Source: Candidatus Woesebacteria bacterium
GTDB taxonomy: Bacteria > Patescibacteriota > Microgenomatia > UBA1400 > UBA12028
Direction of reading: 5' to 3'
Assembly (NCBI GenBank): GCA_040006915.1
Contig: JBDTWD010000004.1
Span: forward strand, 1,033-65,032
Length of the DNA stretch: 64,000 nucleotides
The notes under the pieces were generated by a model. It did no database searches. It was not told where the DNA came from and was given only the letters and a program-made list of their open reading frames with translations. Of the stretch, positions 39,307-48,676 are shown in pieces. A program made the position numbers and the translations under genes. How positions within the stretch are numbered: position 1 is the stretch's first letter; each line of letters starts with the position of its first letter.

Positions 39307-41624
39307 ATCTTATTTTGACCTAAAGCACGATATGTTCCTCGGAAAGACTCAAGCTGCTTTTTTGTAAAGCAGTTTCGAGTGTCGTAAATAAGTCGCAAGT
39401 TAGGGAAATTTGAAAGATCAATCTCTTTGTACTGATCATGATCAGTTACTACTACCCATATATTTGCTTTTCGTAGAGCTTGTTCTTGCCCAGTGATTAG
39501 CTTTATTTTTACAAAAGGGTCAGTCACATATGTCTTGTACTTTTTCTCCAGGATTTCGAATAGTGGTTGCGCTGGTGTCTCTCTATAATCATCAACATTC
39601 TTTTTGTACGCATACCCCAGAAGCGCAATAATTGGTTTTTCGATTTTTCTCTTACTGATCATTTTCGAGATCTCTTTGGCAATGTACTTAGGCATCACCT
39701 TATTCTTTTTGAGTGCAGCTTCAATTACAGTCGCATTGGAACTACCTCCGACAAAGAACCAAGGGTCTATTGGTATGCAGTGTCCTCCCACTCCTGGTCC
39801 AGGCTGATGGATCTGTACTCGTGGGTGTTTATTTGCGAGCGTAATCGCCTCCCAAACATCAAAATCCAGTTCCTGCGCTAACTGAGAAAATTCATTTGCC
39901 AGGGCAATGTTAACCGCCCGATAAGTATTTTCCATGACTTTGCAGCTTGCCGCAATGATAGTGTTTGTCTGATGAATTGGACCTTTTACAAAAAGCGCAT
40001 ACAAATCTGCTACAGTCTGTGACGACTCTGGAGTATCTCCACCAATAATTCGATCGTTTTTTACCATCTCCCATAATGTGTTCCCTGGAATTGCTCGTTC
40101 AGGACAATGAGCGAAATGAAAAGGAATTTTCCATGCACGAATGAGTGGAATAAGTTCATCAACGCAGTCGCGAGGGCCGATTGTCGACTCAACGATTATT
40201 GTTTGATTCGGCTGAAAAACAGGCTTAATACTGTTAATTGCCGCGCGGACATATTTCAGATCAGCTTTCCCATGTATTTGAGGAGTTGGAACAGAAATAA
40301 GATAATACTCACTACTTTCAACCGTATCGGTGATATGAAAAGTGTTTTTGAGCTGTACACGAGAAAAAAGCTCAGGTAATCCATTTTCCTGAAATGGAAG
40401 TACTCCTTTTCTCAATACATCTCTCTTTTCTTTACTGATATCAAAACCATACACCTCAATTTCCTGCTCAGCTATGAGAAGAGCCGTTGGAAGACCAATA
40501 TATCCAAGTCCCAGAACACTCACAGATTTCTCTTTCTTTTTCATAGGCTGTTTATCCTTTAAGAACTGTTGCAATGAAGAAACAATTTTACTTGCGGCCA
40601 TTCCTGAACCTAATTCATCCGACCAACTCACCTTCTTTAATATATACGCTGACCATGCTTCGTCGAACTTATTTTGATCAGTTCCAATAATAAAGTTAGC
40701 CGATAGCGTTTCAGGTCGTTCAGTCGAGGTACGTAACGTGATTAGCGGTCTTTTTAATAAGTAGGCCTCCTCTTGTAATCCGCCCGAATCTGTCATTACA
40801 AGTGTTGCATTACTCATAGCAGCTAGCATGTCAATGTAACCTAATGGGGGGGTGGTCAATATGAAGCTCGGCAACTTCATATTCTCCTTTTCTAAAAGAC
40901 TGAGAATTCTAGGGTGCAGTGGCCAGAGAAATATTTTTTGTATCTTCCGGTGTGCGTGTTCTAAGAGTGAGAGTAAATTTGCAAATGATTCTTTGTTATC
41001 GGTATTCTCAGCACGATGAGCAGTTACTAGTACATACTGAAGTGGCTTCAGTTTGTGTTGTGTTAGGAACATCGATTTTTTAGAAAAAGGGAGGTGATCC
41101 CTGAGTGCATCAACAACGGTATTCCCTGTCACAATAATAGAATCTTTTGAAATTCCCTCTTTCAATAGGTTCTGTTGTGCTAACTTTGTTGGTGCAAACA
41201 TTAGATCGCTAATTCGATCAGTCAAAATTCTATTAATTTCTTCAGGCATTGCATAATCAAAACTTCGTAGACCAGCTTCAACGTGAGCAACCGGGATATG
41301 AAGTTTTTTCGCAGCAAGCGCACCCGATAAAGTTGTGTTCGTATCTCCATGAACGAGAATAATCTCAGGCTTATATCGAATACACGCTTCTTCAACTCCA
41401 ACCATAATTCTACCCGTTTGGACGGCATGACTTCCAGAACCAACTCGTAGGTGAACATCTGGAGATGGTAGCGACAAATCTTTTAGGATGAGACCATCCA
41501 TTTCTTCAGAATAATGTTGATTCGAATGAATGAAGAGAAATGGTATTTCTTTCCGTTGTAATTCTCGTATTACCGGAGCCATCTTAATAATTTCAGGTCG
41601 CGTTCCTACTAATAGTGCAATCAT
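39303..41624 (-). CDS. wecB-wecC: Fused UDP-GlcNAc 2-epimerase (WecB) and UDP-ManNAc dehydrogenase (WecC)
   Basis: aa 1-360: GTRPE, VHGDT, HVEAGLRS, TDSGGLQEE; from aa 361 (ATG 40544): GLGYIG, VPTP, EST, PER, GGHCIPID, YKKNVDDYRE. Confidence 0.92.
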   Translation of the reverse strand: MIALLVGTRPEIIKMAPVIRELQRKEIPFLFIHSNQHYSEEMDGLILKDLSLPSPDVHLRVGSGSHAVQTGRIMVGVEEACIRYKPEIILVHGDTNTTLSGALAAKKLHIPVAHVEAGLRSFDYAMPEEINRILTDRISDLMFAPTKLAQQNLLKEGISKDSIIVTGNTVVDALRDHLPFSKKSMFLTQHKLKPLQYVLVTAHRAENTDNKESFANLLSLLEHAHRKIQKIFLWPLHPRILSLLEKENMKLPSFILTTPPLGYIDMLAAMSNATLVMTDSGGLQEEAYLLKRPLITLRTSTERPETLSANFIIGTDQNKFDEAWSAYILKKVSWSDELGSGMAASKIVSSLQQFLKDKQPMKKKEKSVSVLGLGYIGLPTALLIAEQEIEVYGFDISKEKRDVLRKGVLPFQENGLPELFSRVQLKNTFHITDTVESSEYYLISVPTPQIHGKADLKYVRAAINSIKPVFQPNQTIIVESTIGPRDCVDELIPLIRAWKIPFHFAHCPERAIPGNTLWEMVKNDRIIGGDTPESSQTVADLYALFVKGPIHQTNTIIAASCKVMENTYRAVNIALANEFSQLAQELDFDVWEAITLANKHPRVQIHQPGPGVGGHCIPIDPWFFVGGSSNATVIEAALKKNKVMPKYIAKEISKMISKRKIEKPIIALLGYAYKKNVDDYRETPAQPLFEILEKKYKTYVTDPFVKIKLITGQEQALRKANIWVVVTDHDQYKEIDLSNFPNLRLIYDTRNCFTKKQLESFRGTYRALGQNKI

Positions 41625-41634
41625 AACTGTAGTC

Positions 41635-42804
41635 TTACATCGTTAATCGATACGTATTCAATAGTAGTCGACCGATGCTATCCATTGAATAATTTTCTTG
41701 AATAAGCCTTTTCGCATTCGCCCCTGCTATTTTCCTGAGTTTAGGGTCATCTATCATTTTTTGCAATGCCTTCGCCAATGCTTTCGGCTCAGGCTTTACA
41801 ATCAAGCCACTTTTTGTCTTACCGACCTCATCAAAATGACAACCTGTAGTCAAAACAAGTGGTAGGCCGGTAGATCCTGCCTCCAATATTCCAAGAGAGA
41901 AACCTTCCGAATATGAAGGGTATACAAAAATGTCAGAAGCTTTAAAGAGGTCTGCCTTTTTCTTTCCGTAACAAGTTCCAATCAAATTAATATTGATAAG
42001 ACCTTTTTGCCGTATAAGTTCACGAAGCTCTGTGGCATATCCGTCATCAGATCCAGCGATCACGAATTTTAGCTTATCCAAATGAAGTAAATCGGCCGCC
42101 TCGACGAGAAGATCTAATCCTTTAATTTTGTGAATTCTACCTAAGAAAGTAATAATTGTCTCATCAGGACGTAATTTCCAGGACTTCTTTGCCGCTGCTT
42201 TTGTGAGATTTGATTGAAATTCAACTGGGTTAACACCGTGTCCAAAAAGAACGATAGCGTCATCTTTCACACCGTACTCTTGGTACGCGGATACTTCATT
42301 TTGAGAGGTTGCTACTACTTTTGAAGCATGATGAAGCAGCCACTTTCCTCCAAATCGGAGAAAGACTTTTTTAAAAAGGCTACGCTGAGCAATACGCTGT
42401 GTTTCCAAGCATCCGTGAACACTCAATATATATGGCTTTGAGAAAATTTGTGCTAGCAATGCGATCCATACGTTGTGAGGAGTATAAAAATCATGCAAAT
42501 GAATAACATCTGTTTGAGGTATTTCCCAGAGAGTTCGTAGGAAAAGGCCTGGCGCACAGTAGATATTGTAAGTATACGTCAACTTATTAAAAATATTACG
42601 GAAATAAAAGATTCGCAATGAATCTCTTTTTGGTATTCGCAATCTTCGCGGCATTCGAGATTCTTGATCATAGGCGTCAGAGGTAAAGACAGTTACTTGA
42701 TGTCCTTCCCGCTCAAAATACAGACATGTGTCATAGACCAGTTTTGCCGGACCACCATATGACCAAGCGGGATAAAAATATGGTACAACTTGTAAGATTT
42801 TCAT
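41635..42804 (-). CDS. Glycosyltransferase family 4
   Basis: YGGP, LGRIHKIKG and YPSYSEGFSLGILEA motifs. Confidence 0.93.
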   Translation of the reverse strand: MKILQVVPYFYPAWSYGGPAKLVYDTCLYFEREGHQVTVFTSDAYDQESRMPRRLRIPKRDSLRIFYFRNIFNKLTYTYNIYCAPGLFLRTLWEIPQTDVIHLHDFYTPHNVWIALLAQIFSKPYILSVHGCLETQRIAQRSLFKKVFLRFGGKWLLHHASKVVATSQNEVSAYQEYGVKDDAIVLFGHGVNPVEFQSNLTKAAAKKSWKLRPDETIITFLGRIHKIKGLDLLVEAADLLHLDKLKFVIAGSDDGYATELRELIRQKGLININLIGTCYGKKKADLFKASDIFVYPSYSEGFSLGILEAGSTGLPLVLTTGCHFDEVGKTKSGLIVKPEPKALAKALQKMIDDPKLRKIAGANAKRLIQENYSMDSIGRLLLNTYRLTM

Positions 42805-43691
42805 AGAGAGCGGATGACTTCGTCAACACTCCGAAAATGAAGAAGTAATGCTTTCTCAGACTCTTTAGAATCTAGGCAAGCAAACTTCAATCGTAACTCG
42901 GACTTCTTTTTACCAATAATTGACTCTAACGGGACAGACTGAATTAATGCCTTACTATACCCCAAAGACGCAGCTATTTTACAAGCAAATGAATATGGTG
43001 TTAGGAGCTTAAGTGCCGATACATGAAAAATCCCTCTTGGTTTTTTTTGAACACATTTTCGAATGGCAAGTGCGATATCGGGAAAATAGGTTGGGGTCAT
43101 CCAGTGATCGTTCGCCATTCTCACCTGACTACCATTTTTTAACTTCGAAGATATTTTTTGCCACAACGAGGATTTCGCTGTAGGAGAGTATGCAATGACT
43201 GCCCGTAATATCGTATAAGAACAGCCTGAATCACAAATGACTTTTTCAGCGGCAGCTTTTGTAATACCATACCAATTTATAGGGCTTGGGTGATCGGATT
43301 TCGTATATGATTTTTTGACACCATCAAATACGCATTCAGTTGAAAGAAAGATCAAATGAGTATTTGTTTGCGCACAGTACCTGGCAATTTGAGCAGTCGA
43401 ATCCACGTTTGTCTGCCAAACAATGCCATTTTCTCCATTTATCCTATCAACCTCACAGGCATCTATGTGTGTGAAGGCACCCAAATGAACAAAAACATCT
43501 GGGTGAATTTTCTTCAATGTTCTACGCATACGAATACGATCATTCAAATTAAACCGAAAATTTGAAACAACCCGAGAATCCACTGTCGGCTTTGTGTGAA
43601 ACAAATCAACTACACTTACTTTTGAAGAAATCTCTTGTAAAAGAAATTGACCGACTTCACCACTTAATCCTGTAATTGCAATAGTTGGCAT
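42801..43691 (-). CDS. rmlD: dTDP-4-dehydrorhamnose reductase-like SDR
   Basis: TGLSGEVG, AFTHIDACE, STECVFDG, PINWYGITK and TPTY motifs. Confidence 0.8.
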   Translation of the reverse strand: MPTIAITGLSGEVGQFLLQEISSKVSVVDLFHTKPTVDSRVVSNFRFNLNDRIRMRRTLKKIHPDVFVHLGAFTHIDACEVDRINGENGIVWQTNVDSTAQIARYCAQTNTHLIFLSTECVFDGVKKSYTKSDHPSPINWYGITKAAAEKVICDSGCSYTILRAVIAYSPTAKSSLWQKISSKLKNGSQVRMANDHWMTPTYFPDIALAIRKCVQKKPRGIFHVSALKLLTPYSFACKIAASLGYSKALIQSVPLESIIGKKKSELRLKFACLDSKESEKALLLHFRSVDEVIRSL

Positions 43692-43694
43692 AGG

Positions 43695-44732
43695 TTAAAT
43701 AAATTGCCAAGCAACTTTCCAGTACATTAAAAGAATTGGATTAAGGACATATTTCATAAAAGGATGATCAAAAAGCTTGAACTCTATTTTCGATTCAAAA
43801 TTACGGGTAAGCACATGGTCACTGTTTCTCCTTTGCTTTTGAGTACGTCTTCGAGAATCAAAAAGTGATTTCCTACATTCCCATATCGAGACGTATGTGT
43901 GTAGTTTTACTACTAACCACCCTTTCGTTGCGAAGTAGACTAAAAGAGCGGACTCCATAAGAAGGAATATTGGCAGTAAGATAAGGAGAGTTCTTGCCGA
44001 ATAGTTTTTAAAGTAAGTATAGAGTCGATTTCGTTCTGCCCAAAACAGTTTTTTTCTAGCTGCTTGATACTCTTCATCTGGTAAAAACTTGTAGTCATGA
44101 TAAATCCTACTTTCTGCGCAGTAATAGATTGAGTAACCCAACATTCTTAGTCTCCAGCTCAGATCTGAATCCTCGTAGTACATAAAGTAAGAGCGATCAA
44201 GCCCTCCTACTTTTTGTAGAGCTTGAACGCGCAGTAAGACCCCCGATCCACTAAAAGATAGTATTTCTCCAGAGCTTCGTACAATCGTTGATTCGTAATC
44301 ACGTATCCAGTCAAATCCTAAATAGTGAGTAACTTTACCACTAAGATTTATTTTCTTGGGACTTTTATCAAGGTAAACGAGTGGTTGAACTGCAGCTATT
44401 CTGGAGTTCTTCTCTATTAATTCAACAAGAGGCTCAAGGAATGTTGGAGTTACAGTTGTGTCTGGATTAAGCAGAAAAACAAACATACCCTTGGCCTTCG
44501 ATATTCCAAGTGTGTGCCCACCTGCATATCCAGTATTTTCAGAGTTAAGGTATACATGCACCAAAGAGGAACTTTTCTGTGCGATAGGTATTGTATTATC
44601 AGTCGATCCGTTGTCGACGACAATGATTTCAATTGGAAAGTATGTAACCTTCCCAAGAACTTGTAAACATTTTTTTATGTATTTCTCTGAGTTATAAGTC
44701 ACGACAATACATGAAACCAACGGCTTCTTCAT
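43695..44732 (-). CDS. Glycosyltransferase family 2
   Basis: IVVTYN, VDNGSTD, LLNPD and FMYYEDSD motifs; start moved to ATG 44732 (ATGA overlap). Confidence 0.92.
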   Translation of the reverse strand: MKKPLVSCIVVTYNSEKYIKKCLQVLGKVTYFPIEIIVVDNGSTDNTIPIAQKSSSLVHVYLNSENTGYAGGHTLGISKAKGMFVFLLNPDTTVTPTFLEPLVELIEKNSRIAAVQPLVYLDKSPKKINLSGKVTHYLGFDWIRDYESTIVRSSGEILSFSGSGVLLRVQALQKVGGLDRSYFMYYEDSDLSWRLRMLGYSIYYCAESRIYHDYKFLPDEEYQAARKKLFWAERNRLYTYFKNYSARTLLILLPIFLLMESALLVYFATKGWLVVKLHTYVSIWECRKSLFDSRRRTQKQRRNSDHVLTRNFESKIEFKLFDHPFMKYVLNPILLMYWKVAWQFI

Positions 44733-45733
44733 AGCCATCCTTCTTTGGAATACCACGCACCCGTAATTTGGCTTCCTTTTTTAAATGAAGTTTTAGGTAC
44801 ATATTCAATTTCAGTTTTTGCTTTCTCAATCTTATACCAATATGTGGTTGTCATTGTCCGTACTCTAGAAGGAAATAACGGCAGGGCAATGCCTGAAATA
44901 GCTGTCACAAATTGAAAAACATATGCGAAAGCCAATGCGACATACGTTGGCAGTGAGAAGGTGGGGGGTGACACGTGTATTGAGGCAGCCACATCATGGA
45001 CGATTTCTCGAAATGAGAGCGGGTGAGGTCCAGCCAAAATGTATTCGCCGGCCGTTTTCTTGCTCTGCTCTGCCAACCTCGCCCCAAAAACAAGATCTTT
45101 TACAAAAACGTAGTGCATTTTGTTTTCACCATTCCCAATCAAAAGGAATTGGTGGTGGGCCATTGCTCTGTAGAGAGCCAACGTGGGACCTTTTTCACGA
45201 GGACCATAGACACTTGCCGGCCTGACAATTGCATACGGCAACCCCGTTTTCTTATGTGCCTTCCGTACAAGTTCTTCCCCTTCCCACTTAGACTGCCCAT
45301 AGAAATTACTGTAGGTATACGGGTGCGTTTCATCCCATCCATCGATATTGCCCACGCCGGCAGGCAAACCATACACTCCTATACTACTAAAAAAGACAAA
45401 TTTTTTCACACCATATTTTTGCGCCGCAGCCAATAAATATGCAGTGGCATCAACGTTTATATCTCTATATTCTTCATAGGTTTTTCCGTCAAAATCGATA
45501 CGTGCAGCCAGGTGATAAACCACATCACATCCTTTAACAGCGCGAAACATCTTTGTCTTTGAACGAATATCGGCATAGATAATCTCAAAGGGTAAATTAG
45601 GAAGATTATCCAAAGTTTCGCCAGGCTTAATAACGAGTCTCATATTGCCGGGACGAATACCTTCTGATAATAAAAGATCTACCAAGTGACTTCCAATGAA
45701 TCCTCCAGCGCCAGTAATAAGAAATTTTTTCAT
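44729..45733 (-). CDS. NAD-dependent epimerase/dehydratase (extended SDR)
   Basis: [19 protein letters not shown] and RP..VYGP motifs; start moved to ATG 45733. Confidence 0.9.
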   Translation of the reverse strand: MKKFLITGAGGFIGSHLVDLLLSEGIRPGNMRLVIKPGETLDNLPNLPFEIIYADIRSKTKMFRAVKGCDVVYHLAARIDFDGKTYEEYRDINVDATAYLLAAAQKYGVKKFVFFSSIGVYGLPAGVGNIDGWDETHPYTYSNFYGQSKWEGEELVRKAHKKTGLPYAIVRPASVYGPREKGPTLALYRAMAHHQFLLIGNGENKMHYVFVKDLVFGARLAEQSKKTAGEYILAGPHPLSFREIVHDVAASIHVSPPTFSLPTYVALAFAYVFQFVTAISGIALPLFPSRVRTMTTTYWYKIEKAKTEIEYVPKTSFKKGSQITGAWYSKEGWL

Positions 45734-46662
45734 AAAGTTTTTGTGTACCATTCTATAGTTTCTTGAAGACCTTCTTCAAACGTTACAACTGATTCGAAGC
45801 CAAATTCCCGTTTTGCACGTTTCACATCAAGCTTTCGTCGAGGTTGTCCATCTGGCTTTGTTGCGTCAAATACAATTTGACCAGAAAAACCGACAAATTT
45901 AGCGATTAAATGTGACAAATCGAAGATACTTATTTCAAAACTGCTACCAATATTGACGGGACTGCTCTTTTCATATTTTTGCGTTGCAAGAACGATCGCT
46001 CTTGCGCAATCATCCACGTACAAAAATTCTCGTGTTGGTTTTCCTGTGCCCCAAACACTCACTTTTTTTAACTGCTCGCGTTTTGCGTCCACGAATTTTT
46101 TAATAAGCGCGGGAATAACGTGACTTGAGTTCGGATTAAAGTTGTCTCCAGGTCCATAGAGATTAACCGGAAGAAGATAAATTGAATTGAACCCATATTG
46201 TTCCTTATACGCTTGTCCCTGTACAAGCATCATCTTCTTGGCAAGACCATATGGGGCATTTGTTTCTTCTGGATATCCGTTCCAAAGATCTGATTCCTTA
46301 AATGGGATTTCTGTATATTTTGGATAGGCACAAATTGTTCCAATGGCAACAAATTTTTCAACACTTGCCAAACGAGATTCTTCCATCAGATGGACACCCA
46401 TCGTTAGGTTATCATAAAATAAACTACCTGGATTTTCTTTGTTATAACCAATTCCGCCAACATTTGCAGCTAGATGAATCACTATATCCATTCCAAGAAC
46501 GACCTCTTTACAAACTAATTCTTTTCGAAGATCAAATTGAGCAGAACGAGGAGTATAAATCGAATTTTTTTGGGCACCATTTTTGAGTAGTTCTTTAACT
46601 ACTCGCGATCCAACGAAACCGGCACCTCCGGTTACAAGAATTTTTTTCTTTGACAAATCCAT
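45730..46662 (-). CDS. fcl: GDP-L-fucose synthase
   Basis: [45 protein letters not shown] and KPDG motifs; start at ATG 46662. Confidence 0.93.
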   Translation of the reverse strand: MDLSKKKILVTGGAGFVGSRVVKELLKNGAQKNSIYTPRSAQFDLRKELVCKEVVLGMDIVIHLAANVGGIGYNKENPGSLFYDNLTMGVHLMEESRLASVEKFVAIGTICAYPKYTEIPFKESDLWNGYPEETNAPYGLAKKMMLVQGQAYKEQYGFNSIYLLPVNLYGPGDNFNPNSSHVIPALIKKFVDAKREQLKKVSVWGTGKPTREFLYVDDCARAIVLATQKYEKSSPVNIGSSFEISIFDLSHLIAKFVGFSGQIVFDATKPDGQPRRKLDVKRAKREFGFESVVTFEEGLQETIEWYTKTL

Positions 46663-46676
46663 ACGCAAGCAGAATA
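46660..46676 (-). repeat. 17-bp direct repeat copy 2 (-10 box, GCTTGCGT, ATG)
   Basis: Plus strand catacgcaagcagaata; 16/17 identical to 26606-26622. Confidence 0.6.
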
Positions 46677-46736
46677 CACTGGATGTCGAGGCTATGCAAT
46701 TGCAGCATGCCTAGCTACTGAGAATAGAGTCGCTCC

Positions 46737-47078
46737 TTATTTTTTAGGTGACTCAATCGCATTGTCAATGGCTTTCTTACGAACTATTTGTTCCATTTTC
46801 TTCTCCAATTTCTTTTGTTCGATTCGATTCGTAAAAGTCAAGAAAATGACAATCATTAATGCCGCCACCACCAAAAGATCAAAGACTCTTGCTATGTGTA
46901 GCGTTTGAACCACACCATTTACACTTTCAGGAAAGATGGCGAGAGTGATAAAAATAGTCCACAATGCCATCCATACACCATACTCGAAACTTTCGAGATG
47001 GTTTTTACGTCGATGAATTCGGACAACATACATCATGAACAGTCCAAAAACCACCGAGATTATTTGTAGAAGCATCAT
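46737..47078 (-). CDS. DUF2304-family small membrane protein
   Basis: Three TM segments, W...W and FP motifs, coiled C-terminus; coupled to a DPM-like GT2; start moved to ATG 47078. Confidence 0.85.
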   Translation of the reverse strand: MMLLQIISVVFGLFMMYVVRIHRRKNHLESFEYGVWMALWTIFITLAIFPESVNGVVQTLHIARVFDLLVVAALMIVIFLTFTNRIEQKKLEKKMEQIVRKKAIDNAIESPKK

Positions 47079-47731
47079 AAGCCTATTCTCCATTCTACTA
47101 GACATCTGCAGATATGCAGAGCATCGAGTGCTGTCATCCCTTTGTCTGTATCGTGATAAATCGATTCGATTTCTACTGTTGTAAACGGAACTTTCTCTTT
47201 CGCGACCCTCATGGCAATTTCGGTCTCAACTTCATATCCAGTTGATTTCCATTTCACACTTTCATACCCACGGTTGGTTAACGCCTTATAGCCAGACGGG
47301 ATATCAGGAATATATCCTCCGTAGAGCATATTGAGAAGTACCGAAGCTCCTTTATTGCCCAAAAAACGTATAAGCGGCATACTCGCCCCCATGCTCCGTA
47401 CTCCGAATACGACATCCGCCTCAAGAAGTTTCTCTTTAAATTTGGGAATCTCTTTGGGATCATGCTGGTCATCTGCATCCATAAAAATAACCGCATCTAC
47501 TTTTAATTTAGAAAAAGCATATTCTGCCCCAGTGCGCATCGAGGCTCCCTTTCCTAAATTAACTTCATGAGACAAGATATGTGGAGTGAATTTTCTAGCT
47601 ATTTCAGGACTGCCATCTGAAGAACCATCATCAACGTACACAATATGAGGAGAGAACTTACGTACCTTTTTTAGTACCCGAGCCAGATATTGTTTTTCAT
47701 TGAGGCCAGGAATTACAACGGTGATATTCAT
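47075..47731 (-). CDS. GT2 polyprenol-phosphate glycosyltransferase (DPM1/GacI-like)
   Basis: VDDGSSDGS, NLGKG, MDADDQH and D..SGY motifs. Confidence 0.92.
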   Translation of the reverse strand: MNITVVIPGLNEKQYLARVLKKVRKFSPHIVYVDDGSSDGSPEIARKFTPHILSHEVNLGKGASMRTGAEYAFSKLKVDAVIFMDADDQHDPKEIPKFKEKLLEADVVFGVRSMGASMPLIRFLGNKGASVLLNMLYGGYIPDIPSGYKALTNRGYESVKWKSTGYEVETEIAMRVAKEKVPFTTVEIESIYHDTDKGMTALDALHICRCLVEWRIGL

Positions 47732-47770
47732 CGCCGTATCTTATCAGATCGAAAAAACACTTGCTGTAAT

Positions 47771-48676
47771 TTATATTTTCCCAGAGGTTCTAAACCATTC
47801 GACGGTCTGAGCAAGACCATAGGCAAGATCCGTGGTTGCTTCCCACCTAAGCTGTTCCTTAGCTTTACTGCTGTCAGCAAATAAAAGGAGCGGATCACCT
47901 GCACGAGCAGGAAAATTTTTTATTTTGGCAGTTTTTCCAACTAGTTTTTCCAACATAACAACCATATCTTTTACACTCGTTGCGTTCTTCCCTGACAAAT
48001 TAAAATAATGATATTTGTCCTTTTGAAGATCCAAACACTTGATATGAGCAGCAACGATATCATCAATATATACATAGTCACGTTGGTGCTCTCCAGCACC
48101 CCAGACGGTCACTTCTTCTCCACTAGCAATCTGGGTGATAAACCGAGGAATCGCATGAGTTTCAGGGACATGGTTTTCTCCTGGTCCATACAAGTTAAAA
48201 TAGCGTAGACCAACACACGTAAATCCATGCGCATATGAATATGAAGAAGCTAAACCTTCCATAGCAAGTTTTGTCATTCCGTATGGGTTAATCGGCATAG
48301 TGCGGTCATCTTCAAAAATCGGCACTCGAACTGGCTCTCCATATACGGCGGCACTGGAACTAAAAATACAGGTTTTAATATTTGCCAAACGCATTTCTTC
48401 TAGAAGTACGACAAATCCAAGGACATTATTTCTAGTGTACTCATAGGGTTGAGTAACCGACTCTCCAGCTTGAATAAGTGCAGCAAGATGGAAAACCGCT
48501 TCTATCCCTTCCAGAGCCCGTTTTACGGTATCGCTATCACACACATCTCCAACTATCGTTTCACACTCAGGATTGCTCACACGATCTAATACTCTCACTG
48601 TATGGCCTAATTTTTGTAGCTGATGAGTTAAACGAGTGCCTAGAAATCCAGCGCCTCCGGTGATGAGTATTTTCAT
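47771..48676 (-). CDS. galE: UDP-glucose 4-epimerase-like SDR
   Basis: HLAALIQAGES, SSSAAVYG, PINPYGMTK, LRYFN, RDYVY and RAGDP motifs. Confidence 0.8.
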   Translation of the reverse strand: MKILITGGAGFLGTRLTHQLQKLGHTVRVLDRVSNPECETIVGDVCDSDTVKRALEGIEAVFHLAALIQAGESVTQPYEYTRNNVLGFVVLLEEMRLANIKTCIFSSSAAVYGEPVRVPIFEDDRTMPINPYGMTKLAMEGLASSYSYAHGFTCVGLRYFNLYGPGENHVPETHAIPRFITQIASGEEVTVWGAGEHQRDYVYIDDIVAAHIKCLDLQKDKYHYFNLSGKNATSVKDMVVMLEKLVGKTAKIKNFPARAGDPLLLFADSSKAKEQLRWEATTDLAYGLAQTVEWFRTSGKI

